NCBI GenBank assembly: GCA_951406725.2
Contig: CATOCA020000001.1
Location: 930,001 to 994,000, forward strand
Length of the DNA stretch: 64,000 bases
DNA from: Octopus vulgaris
Taxonomy: Eukaryota
Direction: 5' to 3'
Under the pieces are notes generated by a model. It saw nothing but the letters and a program-made list of their open reading frames with translations, was not told where the DNA came from and made no database searches. Position numbers and translations under genes: made by a program. Shown one piece after another: positions 51,524-64,000 of this stretch (the stretch's first letter is position 1; every line of letters starts with the position of its first letter).

Positions 51524-52856
51524 ATATGTATATAAAGGTGCATGGCCATTGGTTCGGTGCGTTGTATCCACGAGAAAGACACTTTCAGTGCACTCATCTG
51601 AAAAGGAGTACCAGCAACAACCGTGGTTTAATCTTACGACAATCAGGCATCTCGTTCAGTGGGGAGACTTGTATCCTCGGATGTTAAAATACGTTGGATA
51701 CCGATATATTGCAGCCTAACTAGTCTAACTTCAATGTAGACATTTTGGCATGTGCAGTCACGTGTTGTTGTGACATTTGTGCAGTGAAAGTAGACATGAA
51801 TGTGTAAAAGACAGATGGAATATAATTGTTTGTGAAACATTCATTGCTAGAACAACGAGAGTTGAAAGACCTAATAATGTTAATTAGATAAACGATTATA
51901 AATCTTATCAGTTGGATATATCTTGCAGGTTTTCAACTTTTTAGTGGCATGTTTAAAATAAGAGATGAAATCACTGCCCCTCCAGGCCGTATTTGAACTT
52001 AGACTACAGTATTACATTATTTCATCTAAAAAAACAAAGGCAGCAATAAGTCAGATTTAATCCTTTATTCAACAATTTTAAGGCTTACATTGATAACATT
52101 AAAGTGGCAATAAGAAAGAATATCAACACAGTTTCAAATCAAAACAACATTTTCTGTTTTCCTGTGTTTCAAGCAATAGGCTAAATAGAAATGTTACGAC
52201 GGGTCACAGGATACAGATATAGAGTAATAAAAAAAGCCGAAAACTAAACATTTAAGATTATATTATTGTGGATTATGCAGTCTCTCGGTTGCATAGTGTT
52301 GAACCAAAAGGTACAAATATAGTTTCTTAACAAGCAAATATATTGAATATTTATATTCAAAATTATATATTTATATTCCGTCGAGGTTGACTTTGCTTTC
52401 ATCCTTTCGGGATGGATGAATTAGATACCAGTTGCGTACTGGGGTCAATCTAATCGACTGGCGCCCACCCTCAACATTTCCGACCTTGTGCCTAGAGAAA
52501 AGAATATTATATATTCATATTTAATATTCATACTTAAGAGTATATATTTATATTTAATATTAATATATATTTATATTTTAATATTTAATTATATATTTAT
52601 ATTTAATATTATATATTCATATTTAATATTATATTATTTATATTTAATATTATATATTTATATTTAATATCATATATGGAGAAAATATTATTTTATGACG
52701 TAAAATATTATCGAAGCGATTTTTGAAGGCACTTTTTCAATTTTCACTTAGAAATTTGTTTCTGCTCTTCTATCCTCGATTTCATTACCAAATCCTGGAA
52801 ACACGAGAAAACGATATAAAATATTAATTTTAAACTTGTTAATTCATGGCTTGTAT

Positions 52857-53133
<277 letters not shown>

Positions 53134-53204
53134 TGAGAGAAAATCAACTAGTTTTAGATCTTTGAGCGAGAGATATGTAACGGTATCGAACAGTAAGTTT
53201 AATT

Positions 53205-53588
53205 TGTGAACAGAATGTGACAGTCCTACATAGGATGATCTTACTGTTGTTTAGCCTCAGGGAAACGCTTTTTCCAGCAGGCCACCGACATACAGTTTGT
53301 GTTCGTCTAGGATAGCATGAGCAACGGAGTTCATCGTCCCCATTTCTAGCCTTTATGATACCCACAGACCTATGTTTCGGGGTTGTTTCCCGTATTCGGT
53401 GTGAGATAATCACAGGTCAGTGATGGGAGCTTACTCAAACTGCTCATTCTATGTACTTTTTAAATCGACATAATCGCTGATCCCGTAACGAGAAATACAT
53501 CTGGTAGGCAGCAGGAAAGGATGTTTCTCTGGAGCTCAACAACAGTAACACGTTCCAGTGTAGGACTGCCACATTCTGTTGACAAATA
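53205..53588. mobile_element. MITE-like element with ~75-bp imperfect inverted ends
   Basis: ACAGAATGTGACAGTCCTACA...TTACTGTTGTT at the left end is mirrored by AACAACAGTAA...TGTAGGACTGCCACATTCTGT at the right end. Confidence 0.5.
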
Positions 53589-53593
53589 AGCTT

Positions 53594-53663
<70 letters not shown>

Positions 53664-53845
53664 TCAATTTGAAAACTAACCTCCACCACAATAGACAAAA
53701 GCGCTAATATATGATATATGATATAAGTTATATGATGTATAAAAACATGTAATATACAAATAAATATCTGTAAATATAAATCCATCCGAATTTCTGAGTA
53801 CCTCATTTCTTCTAATATAAAATACCTGTACATCATCTCCAAACG

Positions 53846-53907
<62 letters not shown>

Positions 53908-54241
53908 TATATATATATAAACGATAAACGTCGCCCTTTTCAAGCCTACCCAGGCTCATGGGTCCCGTTTCCCGGTTTCTGTGGCGTATGTGTTCCACCC
54001 ATCTGGACGACGTCGACAACGAAGACGACACCGACGATGATGATGAAGGTAGTGATTATGATGATGATGATGACGACGATGATTGCGACGACAACAGCAG
54101 TGTTGATATTTTGATGATGTCTATCCTAAAAGTGACTGCGTTGTTAGAAATGGTGTTTGTGATTATCACTATCACTACAATATTGGCGATGGTTCTCACG
54201 GTGCAATGAATAAAAAAGAAACCAACACAAATCGCACTTAC

Positions 54242-54629
54242 TTCTGCCGGCGACAACTCTCCTGGGATTCGCTCTCTTTCGTTTATTCACGGACTCTTTG
54301 ATGATATCTCTGGTATCTTTCTTGTATAGACAATAGAATGTGAAGATAAACATTCCTTGAAGGGTATTGAATATAGAAAAAAGATAATCAAACACTTTTG
54401 TCGCTCTGCTAACAGCGAAGAATGCAAAGACCCATGTGAATCCAAGCAAAAACATCAAACCAACCAGGCCCAAAACACGCACTTTTCTTCTTTTGTGTTC
54501 AAATCTCTTGTTTCTTTGCGTTAATATGAGACGTTTTATCACAAGAGAAAAATGATAAAGTTGAAGATGAGGACCATCACAACGGGAGTCAGGAAAGCAG
54601 CAAAGAAAGAAGGTTTGTTTAACCAACAG
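54242..54629 (-). CDS. Adhesion GPCR exon (ECL2 CW motif, TM5-TM7, start of C-tail); contains a 1-bp frameshift
   Basis: AG acceptor at 54631-54630 and GTAAGT donor at 54241. Reads CWLNKPSFFAAFLTPVVMVLIFNFII, then in a shifted frame FSLVIKRL...LLGFTWVFAFF...YLFSIFNTLQGMFIFTFYC. Confidence 0.88.
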
Positions 54630-54773
54630 CTACAAAGAAAACAGAAAGCAATGAAGAAAAGAAATTCATCAGATATTCAGCCAATAAAATGAAGTATCAC
54701 ACAAGGATTTATGTGGAGTGATTTCGATCCAAAACGAAACGAAAAAATGTCTCATACTTGCGACAAATTATGT

Positions 54774-54971
54774 ACTCTCTTTACTCTTTTACTTGTTTCA
54801 GTCATTTGACTGCGGCCATGCTGGAGCACCGCCTTTAATCAAGCAACTCGACCCCATCACTTATTCTTTGTGAGCCCAGTACTTATTCTGTCGGTCTCTT
54901 TGCCGAACCGCTAAGTGACGGGGACATAAACACACTAGCAACGTCTGGAGGGACAAACACAGACATACAAA

Positions 54972-55063
<92 letters not shown>

Positions 55064-55314
55064 AAGCCTTGTGAGTGGATTTGGTAGACAGAAACTGAAA
55101 GAAGCCCGTCGTATATATGTATATATATATATTTAGATATATACATATATACGACAGGCTTCCTTCAGTTTCTGTCTACCAAATCCACTCACAAGGCATT
55201 GGTCGGCCCGAGGCTATAGTAGAAGACACTTGCCCAAGGTACCACGCAGTGGGACTGAACCCAGAACCATGTGGTTGGTAAACAAGCTACTAACCACACA
55301 GCCACTCCTGCGCC
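54774..55314 (-). mobile_element. SINE family A copy with internal inverted segment
   Basis: Tail at 54774-54960 and head at 55148-55314 on the minus strand; 55065-55115 is an inverted copy of 55148-55198. Confidence 0.8.
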
Positions 55315-55369
55315 TACGTTAATGAGTAAAGTTATTTTATTGGGCCTTTCGATATCCAGACACTCAGAA

Positions 55370-55432
<63 letters not shown>

Positions 55433-55829
55433 CACACAGACACACACACGCACACACAGGTTGACAAAAGATTAGAGGTCTATACATAGGAAATTTGTAT
55501 ATATATAAGATATGGAGATGAGAATAGCACAGAAGTGAGTCTATGTCATTTCAATTTAAGAGGGAATTTAATAAAAATGATTTTTAACAAATTATATAAA
55601 GAAAATATGCATTTCTGTTATAAGCCCAAGGCCTGAAATTTCGGGGGAGATCGACCCCAGTATGTAACTGGTACTTAATTTATCGGCACCGAAATGATGA
55701 AATGCAAAGTCGATCTCGGGGAATTTGAACTCAGAACGTAGCGGCAGTTCCGGTCATTTCAATATGTGACTGCGTGTGTATTGTTGGTGATTTTCTTTCT
55801 CCGTCTTTCCTTCTTTGGACTTTTTCTGT

Positions 55830-55864
55830 ATTTCTGATGAAGAGCTCCGCTCGAAACGTGAAAT
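55830..55864 (+). ncRNA. Minimal hammerhead-like motif, probably inactive (GUG triplet)
   Basis: AUUU-CUGAUGA-A-GAGC(UCC)GCUC-GAAAC-GUG-AAAU. Confidence 0.45.
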
Positions 55865-56260
55865 TCTCTTTCTTTTCTTTCCTTTCCTGAGTACCCAATA
55901 ACAGTACTTGTTCCACGTCCTCGCGTTGTTGTTTTTTCTTGCTTGTTCATGTTTGGATTGATTATATATATATATATATATGTTTTGTTTATATTTTTGT
56001 ATGTTGCTTTCATCAGTAGATATTTGGTCTTATTAAATTGAAGAGAGGAGAAACACAAATGAAATCATTGATATTCATGAGTCTTAGAACAAAAGCATTA
56101 ACAATGATATTGAAGTAGGTTTACTACCAGCAATCAAAGTCGTGGCTTGATGCTAGCTGACCTACTATTCTACAATACTAAAGGGGTAATATATATCTAG
56201 CAATAATATTAGTTGTGAAGAGCAGAGAAAATGAGGTGAACGAAAAAGAGAAATACTTAC

Positions 56261-56333
56261 ACCTCTGCGATTTTGATGTAATTGTTTGTGGAGTTAATTG
56301 CCAGGGTAATTATAACGATGACTGCTGGAAGAC
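56261..56333 (-). CDS. Adhesion GPCR exon (TM4-ECL2)
   Basis: TTTTCAG acceptor and GTAAGT donor; 73 bp, phase 1 to phase 2; (G)LPAVIVIITLAINSTNNYIKIAE(V). Confidence 0.88.
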
Positions 56334-58496
56334 CTGAAAACGACATTTACAGAAATGAATACAAATTTGTAGATATTAATTAATATTTAAAATCATTATT
56401 ATATGACATTTGAATGGATTTTGTTGACTATGTTTTTGTTCAGAAAAACTGTCGAGTTCAAAAGAAATGAATATTTTATTTCGTATCACACACTCTTCAC
56501 TTCATGCCATATTCTCCTTTGGTTTATTGGAAATAGGTACCAGTAATATGCAATATGGATTCTTTCAACAATATGTTTCAATGGGAACCAAAAAGTAATA
56601 AAATGTAAAAACGATTTGGACAAAGTTATGAAGATTAAATGGCCTGGTCGGGTAGTAAAAATTCACTGTCACCAACTTCACATATTACTTCGCATGTCCG
56701 GTGAAAGTGCAGCATGGATAACTCTTAGATTTCTGTCAAGAGACGAGATCAGACTGTAACTATTTGCATGAAAATTCAAATAACTTTAGCCTACCCAACA
56801 AGCTAGAACAAGGAGGGTTTGCTTTTGTTCTCTATAGTTTACATTTCATCACAGATGTATAAATATTATATTTCGTTCATCTTTGTATCCACGCGTTTGC
56901 ATCTCTTTTCAACTACTTCCAACATCTTGCCATTTTACCAATCTATTCGATCCCAAATAATACATGTACTTCATCTGTCTTTATTCTTGATTGAACTACC
57001 ATGTTGATTAAGTAAAAATTAATATCTTTTTTCCACAACTCATTCATTGAGGTATTTAGGCAATTGACATTTTCCTTGTTCCAAGTTACGTTAAAATAAG
57101 TGTTCTTTTTGTGTCACTCTCTAAAAGATGACATATTTTGAATTTTCTGCGTTCATGACCTGATTGCAAACATTATTAAGAGGGACCTCCTACATGGTCT
57201 ATTGTTCTGCTATGAAATAAAAGCCTAATACTTGAGGAACAATAATTTACAGTATTTTAGGAAATTAATAACATATTGGATTATGTGACCTATGATAAAC
57301 TATGTCTAAAAAGAGGGAATGGTCACGTCAAGAACGTCATTGCTCATGAATCAGTAGAGTTAACCTGAGGTCAAATAGCGACATCAACAATAAGGTTTCG
57401 TCTAAATATAATATTGAACCCACAACCTTGGGTCTTATTTAAATTCTTCGCCAAATCAAGATGAACAATCTACATGCAACTCTCATCAAATTACACAAGT
57501 AAAACGACCGAGTGAAGATGTTTGATTATTTGTTGTTAGCTTCTGTGTCATCTCTTTTGTTCACCGAAATGAAGATATAAGCTAAGAATGTTTCACATCA
57601 GATGTGAGTCCACCAGACCTCTCAGTCCATGTTTCCATTGGTTCCTCTGGAGTTTAGCTTAAAATCTCACCCATTTTCAATGTACGATATATAGTAATCC
57701 ACCATAACCTGGGTTTTTACCTACGCTCCACAATAATACTACACAATTTAAACTGTCAAAAGAGGTTTAAATTTCTGTACTTTGTTCAGCGTGTTAGAAA
57801 GACTAGCTAAATTTCTTTAAGTACCATTCTTCAGTCTTTCTAAATGGAAGAATAAATTGAATAGTGTAGTGTTTGATGTATTGACAAGATAATCATCGAC
57901 AGAACGTTTTTAACCATAGGTCTGCTTAATCAGTTCTGAAGTAGCACCAAACTACAACAGTAAGGTAGGGATGTGTTCACTCAGAGTTCAATGTGGCTGG
58001 ATTTTACTGTGATACAGATCTGTAAACTAAACCGAGGCTATTTAAAGCAACGATATTTTAATTACTAGCTTCAAAAGGGCGACTAAATATTGTAAGATTG
58101 ATAATGATGTAGAGGATTCAGGACATACAGCACTCTCCTAGATGTGATTGTGAATGATCTCTGTAAAGTTAGAACAAAATAATACGGGAATATAAACGGA
58201 ACCCCTACTGGATAACATCCACTTAAAGAAGTATGGTTAACAGTGTTTTGTATCCAGAGTTCAATAACTGTCTAGGCTTACTTTCCCCTTCAACATTTTT
58301 GGCGCAATGAAATGAATAAGATCCAGATATACTGGTTTTGAATCATTCAAGTGAACCTTTTCCCATCAAGTAATTTCAAACACAAAAAACGAAATAAGGA
58401 GAATGTGTGTGTGTGTGTGTGAGGGAAGGAGAGAGAAAAGAAATATTTGCGTAAGATATAAAGTTTGAGACAAAACCAGAAAGCCATTATACATAC

Positions 58497-58641
58497 CCCA
58501 AGCCAAAATTGAACTCTTCTTCATAAAAGACGTCTGATATCTTTTGAATACAACGACCACACTTAGGAAGACATGGAAAGCTTCAACACTCATCCACGCG
58601 AGAGATGTCAGAAGGAAGTAATGTAAGAGGACAGCCACTGC
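58497..58641 (-). CDS. Adhesion GPCR exon (TM3-TM4)
   Basis: 145 bp, phase 0 to phase 1. AVAVLLHYFLLTSLAWMSVEAFHVFLSVVVVF...ILAW(G) contains the family B/adhesion LHYFxLxxxxWMxxE motif. Confidence 0.92.
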
Positions 58642-58956
58642 CTACAATAATAATAACAACAACGACAACAGGTTACTGATTTCTGAGATTGATACATGGT
58701 CTTAAATAGATATTGTTTTGCAGGGTGGTGGTATATGGTTAACTATATCAATGTCAGTACTTCATTGGTATTTTAGGTTTACAAACCCAGAAAGAGTGAA
58801 ACCCAAATTAGACGCCTGCTGAAGATTTAACACAAAACTTAAGGTATTTCGCTTGGTGCTTTTCCCGACCCAACACTGTCCGCTCTCACAGAATTAGATG
58901 AACAAGTAAGACCGACAACTCTGAGAAGTAAAATATTCATAATGATAATAAAAGCA

Positions 58957-59151
58957 AAAGGCCTGACATTTGGGAAGAGGGGATGAATCGATTACATCTA
59001 CCCCAGTGTTTCACTGGTACTTAATATATCGACCCGAAAAAGTTGAAATACAAAGTCAACCTCAGCGGAATTTGATCTCAGAACGTAGCGACAGGTAAAA
59101 TACTGCTATGCATTTCGTTCAGCGTGCAACCGATTCTGCCAGTTCGATGCC

Positions 59152-59152
<1 letters not shown>
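58957..59152 (-). mobile_element. Degenerate SINE family C-related copy
   Basis: CCCCAGTG...CTGGTACTTAAT...ATCGACCC...AAAGTCAACCTC...GGAATTTG. Similar fragments at 52380-52505 and 55625-55748. Confidence 0.7.
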
Positions 59153-59209
<57 letters not shown>

Positions 59210-59231
59210 TGATGATGATGATGATGATGAT

Positions 59232-60750
59232 CCACCATAAAAAGTCAACCACTTGTTATTCATGGATGACCTCAAACTTTATGGTAAAGATGAATCCCAA
59301 GTCAGTTCCCTCGTTGATACGATGTATAATTTCTGTGCTGATATCAGAATGGAGTTCGGACTGAAAAAGTTAGTGTTCAAGAGAGGCAAAATCAAATGTA
59401 TGGACGGTTTTGCGATACTGTCGGGAGAAGTTATGAAGTAGATAGAAGAGACGGGTTATAAGTACTTGGGGGATATTGGAAATGGATAAATTGACGGAGA
59501 AAGAAATGACAGAAAAATTTAAGGAGGAGTACTTGCGCAGACTGAGTCTGATCCTTAAGTCGAAATTAAATGGACGGAATAAGATGGAAGCTATCAACAT
59601 CTGGGCGGTTTTAATCTTTAGATATGGAGCAGGGGAAATCGCATGCACAGTCGCCGAACTATACAGCTTAGACAGAAAGACAAGGAAGTTGCTTACCAGA
59701 TATGGGATACTCCACTTAAAAAAGTGTCACAGACAGACTATATGTACCAAGAAAAAGACGGGGAAGAGGACTGACTGGATGCGAACACAGCATTAGAACA
59801 GAAAAAACAGCATGGTGTGTAAAAAACGCTACTGAACCACTATTATAGGATGTAGGAAGGTCAGGTTTGTATAGAATTGAAGATAGCAAAGATAAAGCAC
59901 TATACAAGCACTTGAGAATGAATGAAGCTGAAAATAAGTGGACAAACAAAATAAGGCATGGACAATTTCATAGGGATGTTGAAGATGCTATGGATGACTA
60001 AAAGTAATTTAAAACCGGAAACGGATGTTCTAATCCGTGCTGCCCAAGAGAAAGTACTAAGAACGAATTACATCAAATACAAAATAGACAACACAGAAGA
60101 AAGTGATAAGCGCAGAATTTGAGAACAAAATGGTGAAACCGTATGGGATATTACCAGTCAATGTACGCCACTAGCCCAGAAGGAATATAGAGGACGTCAT
60201 GACAATATAGCAAGGATTGTCCATTGGACACTTTGCAACAAGTATGGACTTGGCAAAGCAAAAAAGTGGGTACGAACATAAACCCAAAGGTATCATCGAA
60301 AATAATAATGCAAAGATCCTGTGGGATTTTATGATTCAGTGCGACCATGAAATAGATAATAAGAAACCAGTTAATTGATAAAGAAAGCAAACGATGCTGG
60401 ATCATAGATATAGCATGTCCAGCTGAAAACAAGGTATGCGATAAGGAAGAAAGAAAAGTCGTCGAGAGATAAAACAGGTTGGCTTGGGAGGTTAAGCAGT
60501 TGTGGTCGATGAAAAAGGTGGTAGTAGTATCAATAATTGTTGGAGCCCGGGAACATTGAGTTGAAATCTCGAGAAGTACATAGCACAAATAGGGGCAGCA
60601 ATAAGGGTGGAACACTTGCAGAAAACGGCACTGCTTGGAACCGCTCGATGGTGCTCGAAAAAGAGGTGTTACCTTAGTTCACTGGTAGGGAACAGCTGGC
60701 ACCGTAGTATACCTCCAGTATGAGTTGTGCAAAGAAAATGAATAGATAAA
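59232..60750 (+). mobile_element. 5'-truncated R4/Dong-clade LINE remnant (RT plus restriction-like endonuclease)
   Basis: Motifs HLLFMDDLKLYG, YKYLG, KLNGRNKMEAIN, RHDNIARIVHW, KILWDF, IIDIACP and LQKTALLGTAR. Flanked on both sides by (TAA)n(TGA)n. Confidence 0.8.
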
Positions 60751-60759
60751 TAAGTAGTA

Positions 60760-60829
<70 letters not shown>

Positions 60830-61235
60830 TGATGATGATGATGTTGAAGATGATGATGATGATGATGGTAATAATGACGATAATAATTGCTGCCTATTAG
60901 GTTGAAGAACTCAGAGTGATGCCATGAAATTGAAGGAACGTTGAACGAGAGGCTAACACAGACGTGTTGGCTGGGGTAGACGTTTCATATAAAGGTGAGG
61001 GGGAGGTGTGCAAGACGTTATGCAAAATACATTTTGAAGATAAAAGTTTTGGAATCTTTTGATAAAAGAATATTGGGCAAATTGAAGGCCGCAAATAAGT
61101 TGAAACTGGGAAAATGTTGGAAACAGTTACAACGTAGGTTATTACAGGGTGGAATGTATTTGAGGTAGTATACGGCTGTTCATAACGCTTAACATAAAAC
61201 AAAATATTCAATGGCTTAGAAGTCTTTTCGCTTAC

Positions 61236-61356
61236 CTTACAACCAGCCATTGTTTGTACGTATGATTGCATCCCGACAAGGAAGATAAAATAAGTGACAG
61301 CCAAAGAAGAGCACAGGCTTATTAAAACCTTTGAACTCATTAAATCCCATAGTTTT
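61236..61356 (-). CDS. Adhesion GPCR exon (ICL1-TM2-ECL1)
   Basis: TTTCAG acceptor and GTAAG donor; 121 bp, phase 2 to phase 0; (R)KLWDLMSSKVLISLCSSLAVTYFIFLVGMQSYVQTMAGCK. Confidence 0.9.
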
Positions 61357-61593
61357 CTGAAATAATGAACAAAAACAATTAATATTTTATTTATTGAAGC
61401 AAACTCTAAAACAATCACTCAATGCATAAATAATAACTACGACTGTGTGTATTGGTGGCTGGCTCAGTTAGAAAATAAAGGGTATCTTAAAATCAATAAA
61501 TATTTTATCTGTGCCTGTGTGGTAAGATGTTTGTCGTGGAAGCATATTTTTTATTGCACTCACCACCCATGAAGTGTCTTGTCTGTGTCCATT

Positions 61594-63240
61594 TTAATCG
61601 ATAATCTGCCCTAGAAATTTTATTCTTGGCATCAAAAATTTACACTTTTCCTTGTTGACCTTAAAATCACAATCTTTTGGTTCTTCGAAGACCTTTTTAA
61701 CATGCTCAGTATGCTGACCATTAGATTCACTTTTTATGGGTATGTCGTCAAGGGAAGCTATAGCGAAATCCGAACCTTCGAGCATTGTGTCCATAACGTA
61801 TTGGAAAATTCCAGGTTCTACCTCTCTATACCAAAGGGAAGTCGATTAAATTTATACAATCCTTTGTGGGTATCTATTGTCCATAATTTTAAACATTCCT
61901 CATCAACTTTGTACCTGCAAGTATGCTTCAGATACTTCCAGCTTTGGAAAGAAATTTTCTCCATTCAACTTACTCTAGATTTCAAGAATTCATTTGAACT
62001 TCTTAAAAAAGTCAGCTCATACTCGGATTTTATTATTTTTTCTTGACATAAACTGTTGCGGACGCCCATTTTGTGTGATCAATTTTTCAATAATGTCAAG
62101 CTTTTCACGTCTATCCAATTCGCCGTTGACTTGTTTCAACGCGGCGAAAGTTACAGTTCGTTTTGGTTTAAATACCACTATAGCGTTTTCTTTCACTTGA
62201 AAATTCGCATTTTTGATTCAAAGACCTAATTCATCAGAAAAACAAACTCAAGGAAATATAAAAATTTTTTTTTTTAATCCTCTGACGCCTTATTTGTACA
62301 GGCGGAAGAACCATTCACATCTTTACGAAAGATATTTACGGGGAGGTCTCGTAAGTTGAATAATTCCATCCAGTCTGTTCCAAATAAATTTGTCTTATTA
62401 TTCAACATAAAAACTTTGGCTCTCAAAATTTTTCAACGAATTGTAACATCACTTAACATTTCGCCCATAAAATGTAATTTCTTTCCTGAAACCCCTCGCG
62501 CAATTTTCGAAGTTTCCTTTAATCTAGGTTTCCCTTTATTTCTCCATGCATCTGTGTTAAATATCGCGATATCACTGCACGTATCCAGCTGTAACTTCAC
62601 ATTCCCCTTATTCAGTTTTATAGACACAAATTTTCTTTTTTGAGCCTCAGAATTTTTGTTGACATTCTTTCCAGAATATTTTCGTTCGACCTTTTTTATT
62701 CGTTTCACTCTACAATGTGAGTTTTTACGTCCGATTTTTCCACACTTAAAACATTTTAGACCTTTAAAAGGACAGTTACCTTTAAAATGTAAACCTCCGT
62801 ACTCAGAGTATGGACTGGGTTTTGACACTCGTTGTTTTTTTTTTTTAGCCGTTTCAGGTCGACACGCATAAATCTGTGAACAATCTTTTTCTTCAGTTTT
62901 ATCCGCATCATGTCTTAAATTAATAATACTCTTGAATTCTTTAGCCGCTGCTTGTAGAGTTAAGTTTGGGTCTTGTTCAAATTTCGTTAATCTGCATCTT
63001 TGCTTGCAGTTAGCCCTCGAATAAAAATTAGACATTTGAATATGTTCGGAGTAAATTCATTTAATTTGAATTTTTCATACTCTCTGTTCACAACTCAAGC
63101 ATGGGTAACGAAATATTCCTCATGTTTTTGACTAAAGTTAAGCACTGCCAGTGAGAATTAAACGGGGAATTTGTTTCACTGGAAATTTTCGATAAAAAAG
63201 TTTCTTCAAATTAATTTCACATGACGTAGATTGCGATTAT
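61594..63240 (-). mobile_element. Ty3/Gypsy LTR retrotransposon remnant (gag knuckle, protease, RT) in GPCR intron
   Basis: Motifs CFKCGKIGRKNSHC, LQLDTCSD, RLPFG, LDDI and KCKFLMPRIKFLGQII; heavily frameshifted, no LTR identified. Confidence 0.8.
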
Positions 63241-63703
63241 ACTGAAATTTGTTTTTCATTATAACCATACGTTTTGATGATGTAGAATACAATTATGTTA
63301 GGAAAATACTTCTGAAGCATATTCCATCTTTTCCTATCTAGAATTTATTAAATGCGTATGTTTTCCATAAAAGGAAATTTTTCATAGATACTGTCTTAAT
63401 TCAAAATGTGAATTTGTTGAAACAGTTATTTGTTATGTTACAGGCTTTAGAACATCCCCACGTGATCACTGGATTCATGCTATTTCTAGCATACTAAATG
63501 ACCACATAAAGGATGGGCTACTCTTGTGTTTGTTTAAAAGAGAGAGATTAATGTTGCGAAGTTTAGTCAAAGTAATACCCAGTTTCTTCATGAAATCCAA
63601 TACTGTCTTGGTGAGTGGTATTATTCTGAATTTGTTTTCTGGGTGAGCAAATACGATTACACAAATAAAAGATACAAAGGAAAATTAGTTGTAATATACC
63701 AGA

Positions 63704-63736
<33 letters not shown>

Positions 63737-63960
63737 AGGCGAAGTCACTACTGTCGCTACTCTATTGTTCTATATTTTTTGTGAATTATAAAGCTATTCA
63801 TCAAAGTGATAATATTCTGGAATTCTTTCCTCACCCATATTTTCCCTATAGACATCAAACACACCGATGTGACCAGCCTGTGAGTACCCCACAAACTGAG
63901 GTATACTGTATCTCTGCATTTGAATAGTTTATAAAAGGAAGTAGAAACTGAAATGCTTAC

Positions 63961-64000
63961 CTGAAACAAACATGAATTATTATTGTAAGAACAAGACAGA
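63961..64000 (-). CDS. Adhesion GPCR exon 3' end (TM1), continues beyond window
   Basis: CLVLTIIIHVCF(R) ends in phase 2 at a GTAAGC donor (63960), matching the phase of the next exon. Confidence 0.8.

Overview
Eukaryotic, repeat-saturated genomic DNA. The SINE families, microsatellite density and spliced GPCR suggest a cephalopod (octopus-type) genome; this is inference, not a database match. From left to right the window holds: a decayed L1/Tx1-type ORF1-only retroelement; an 18.7-kb near-homogeneous 48-bp satellite, which produces all the giant spurious ORFs; a 22-bp GCGCATGCGC minisatellite; non-autonomous Helitron-like elements; a 7-kb (TA)n-spaced minisatellite containing seed copies of the 48-mer; a 70-bp palindromic GC-rich array behind a Helitron 3'/5' junction; a DD41D transposon nested in a mariner; RTE, R4/Dong and Gypsy remnants; hammerhead-ribozyme-like motifs; and a 15 x 184-bp SINE concatemer. 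The only host gene I can support is the 7TM half of an adhesion GPCR on the minus strand: five exons with consistent splice phases and one homopolymer frameshift. No CRISPR, rRNA or true tRNA genes were seen.
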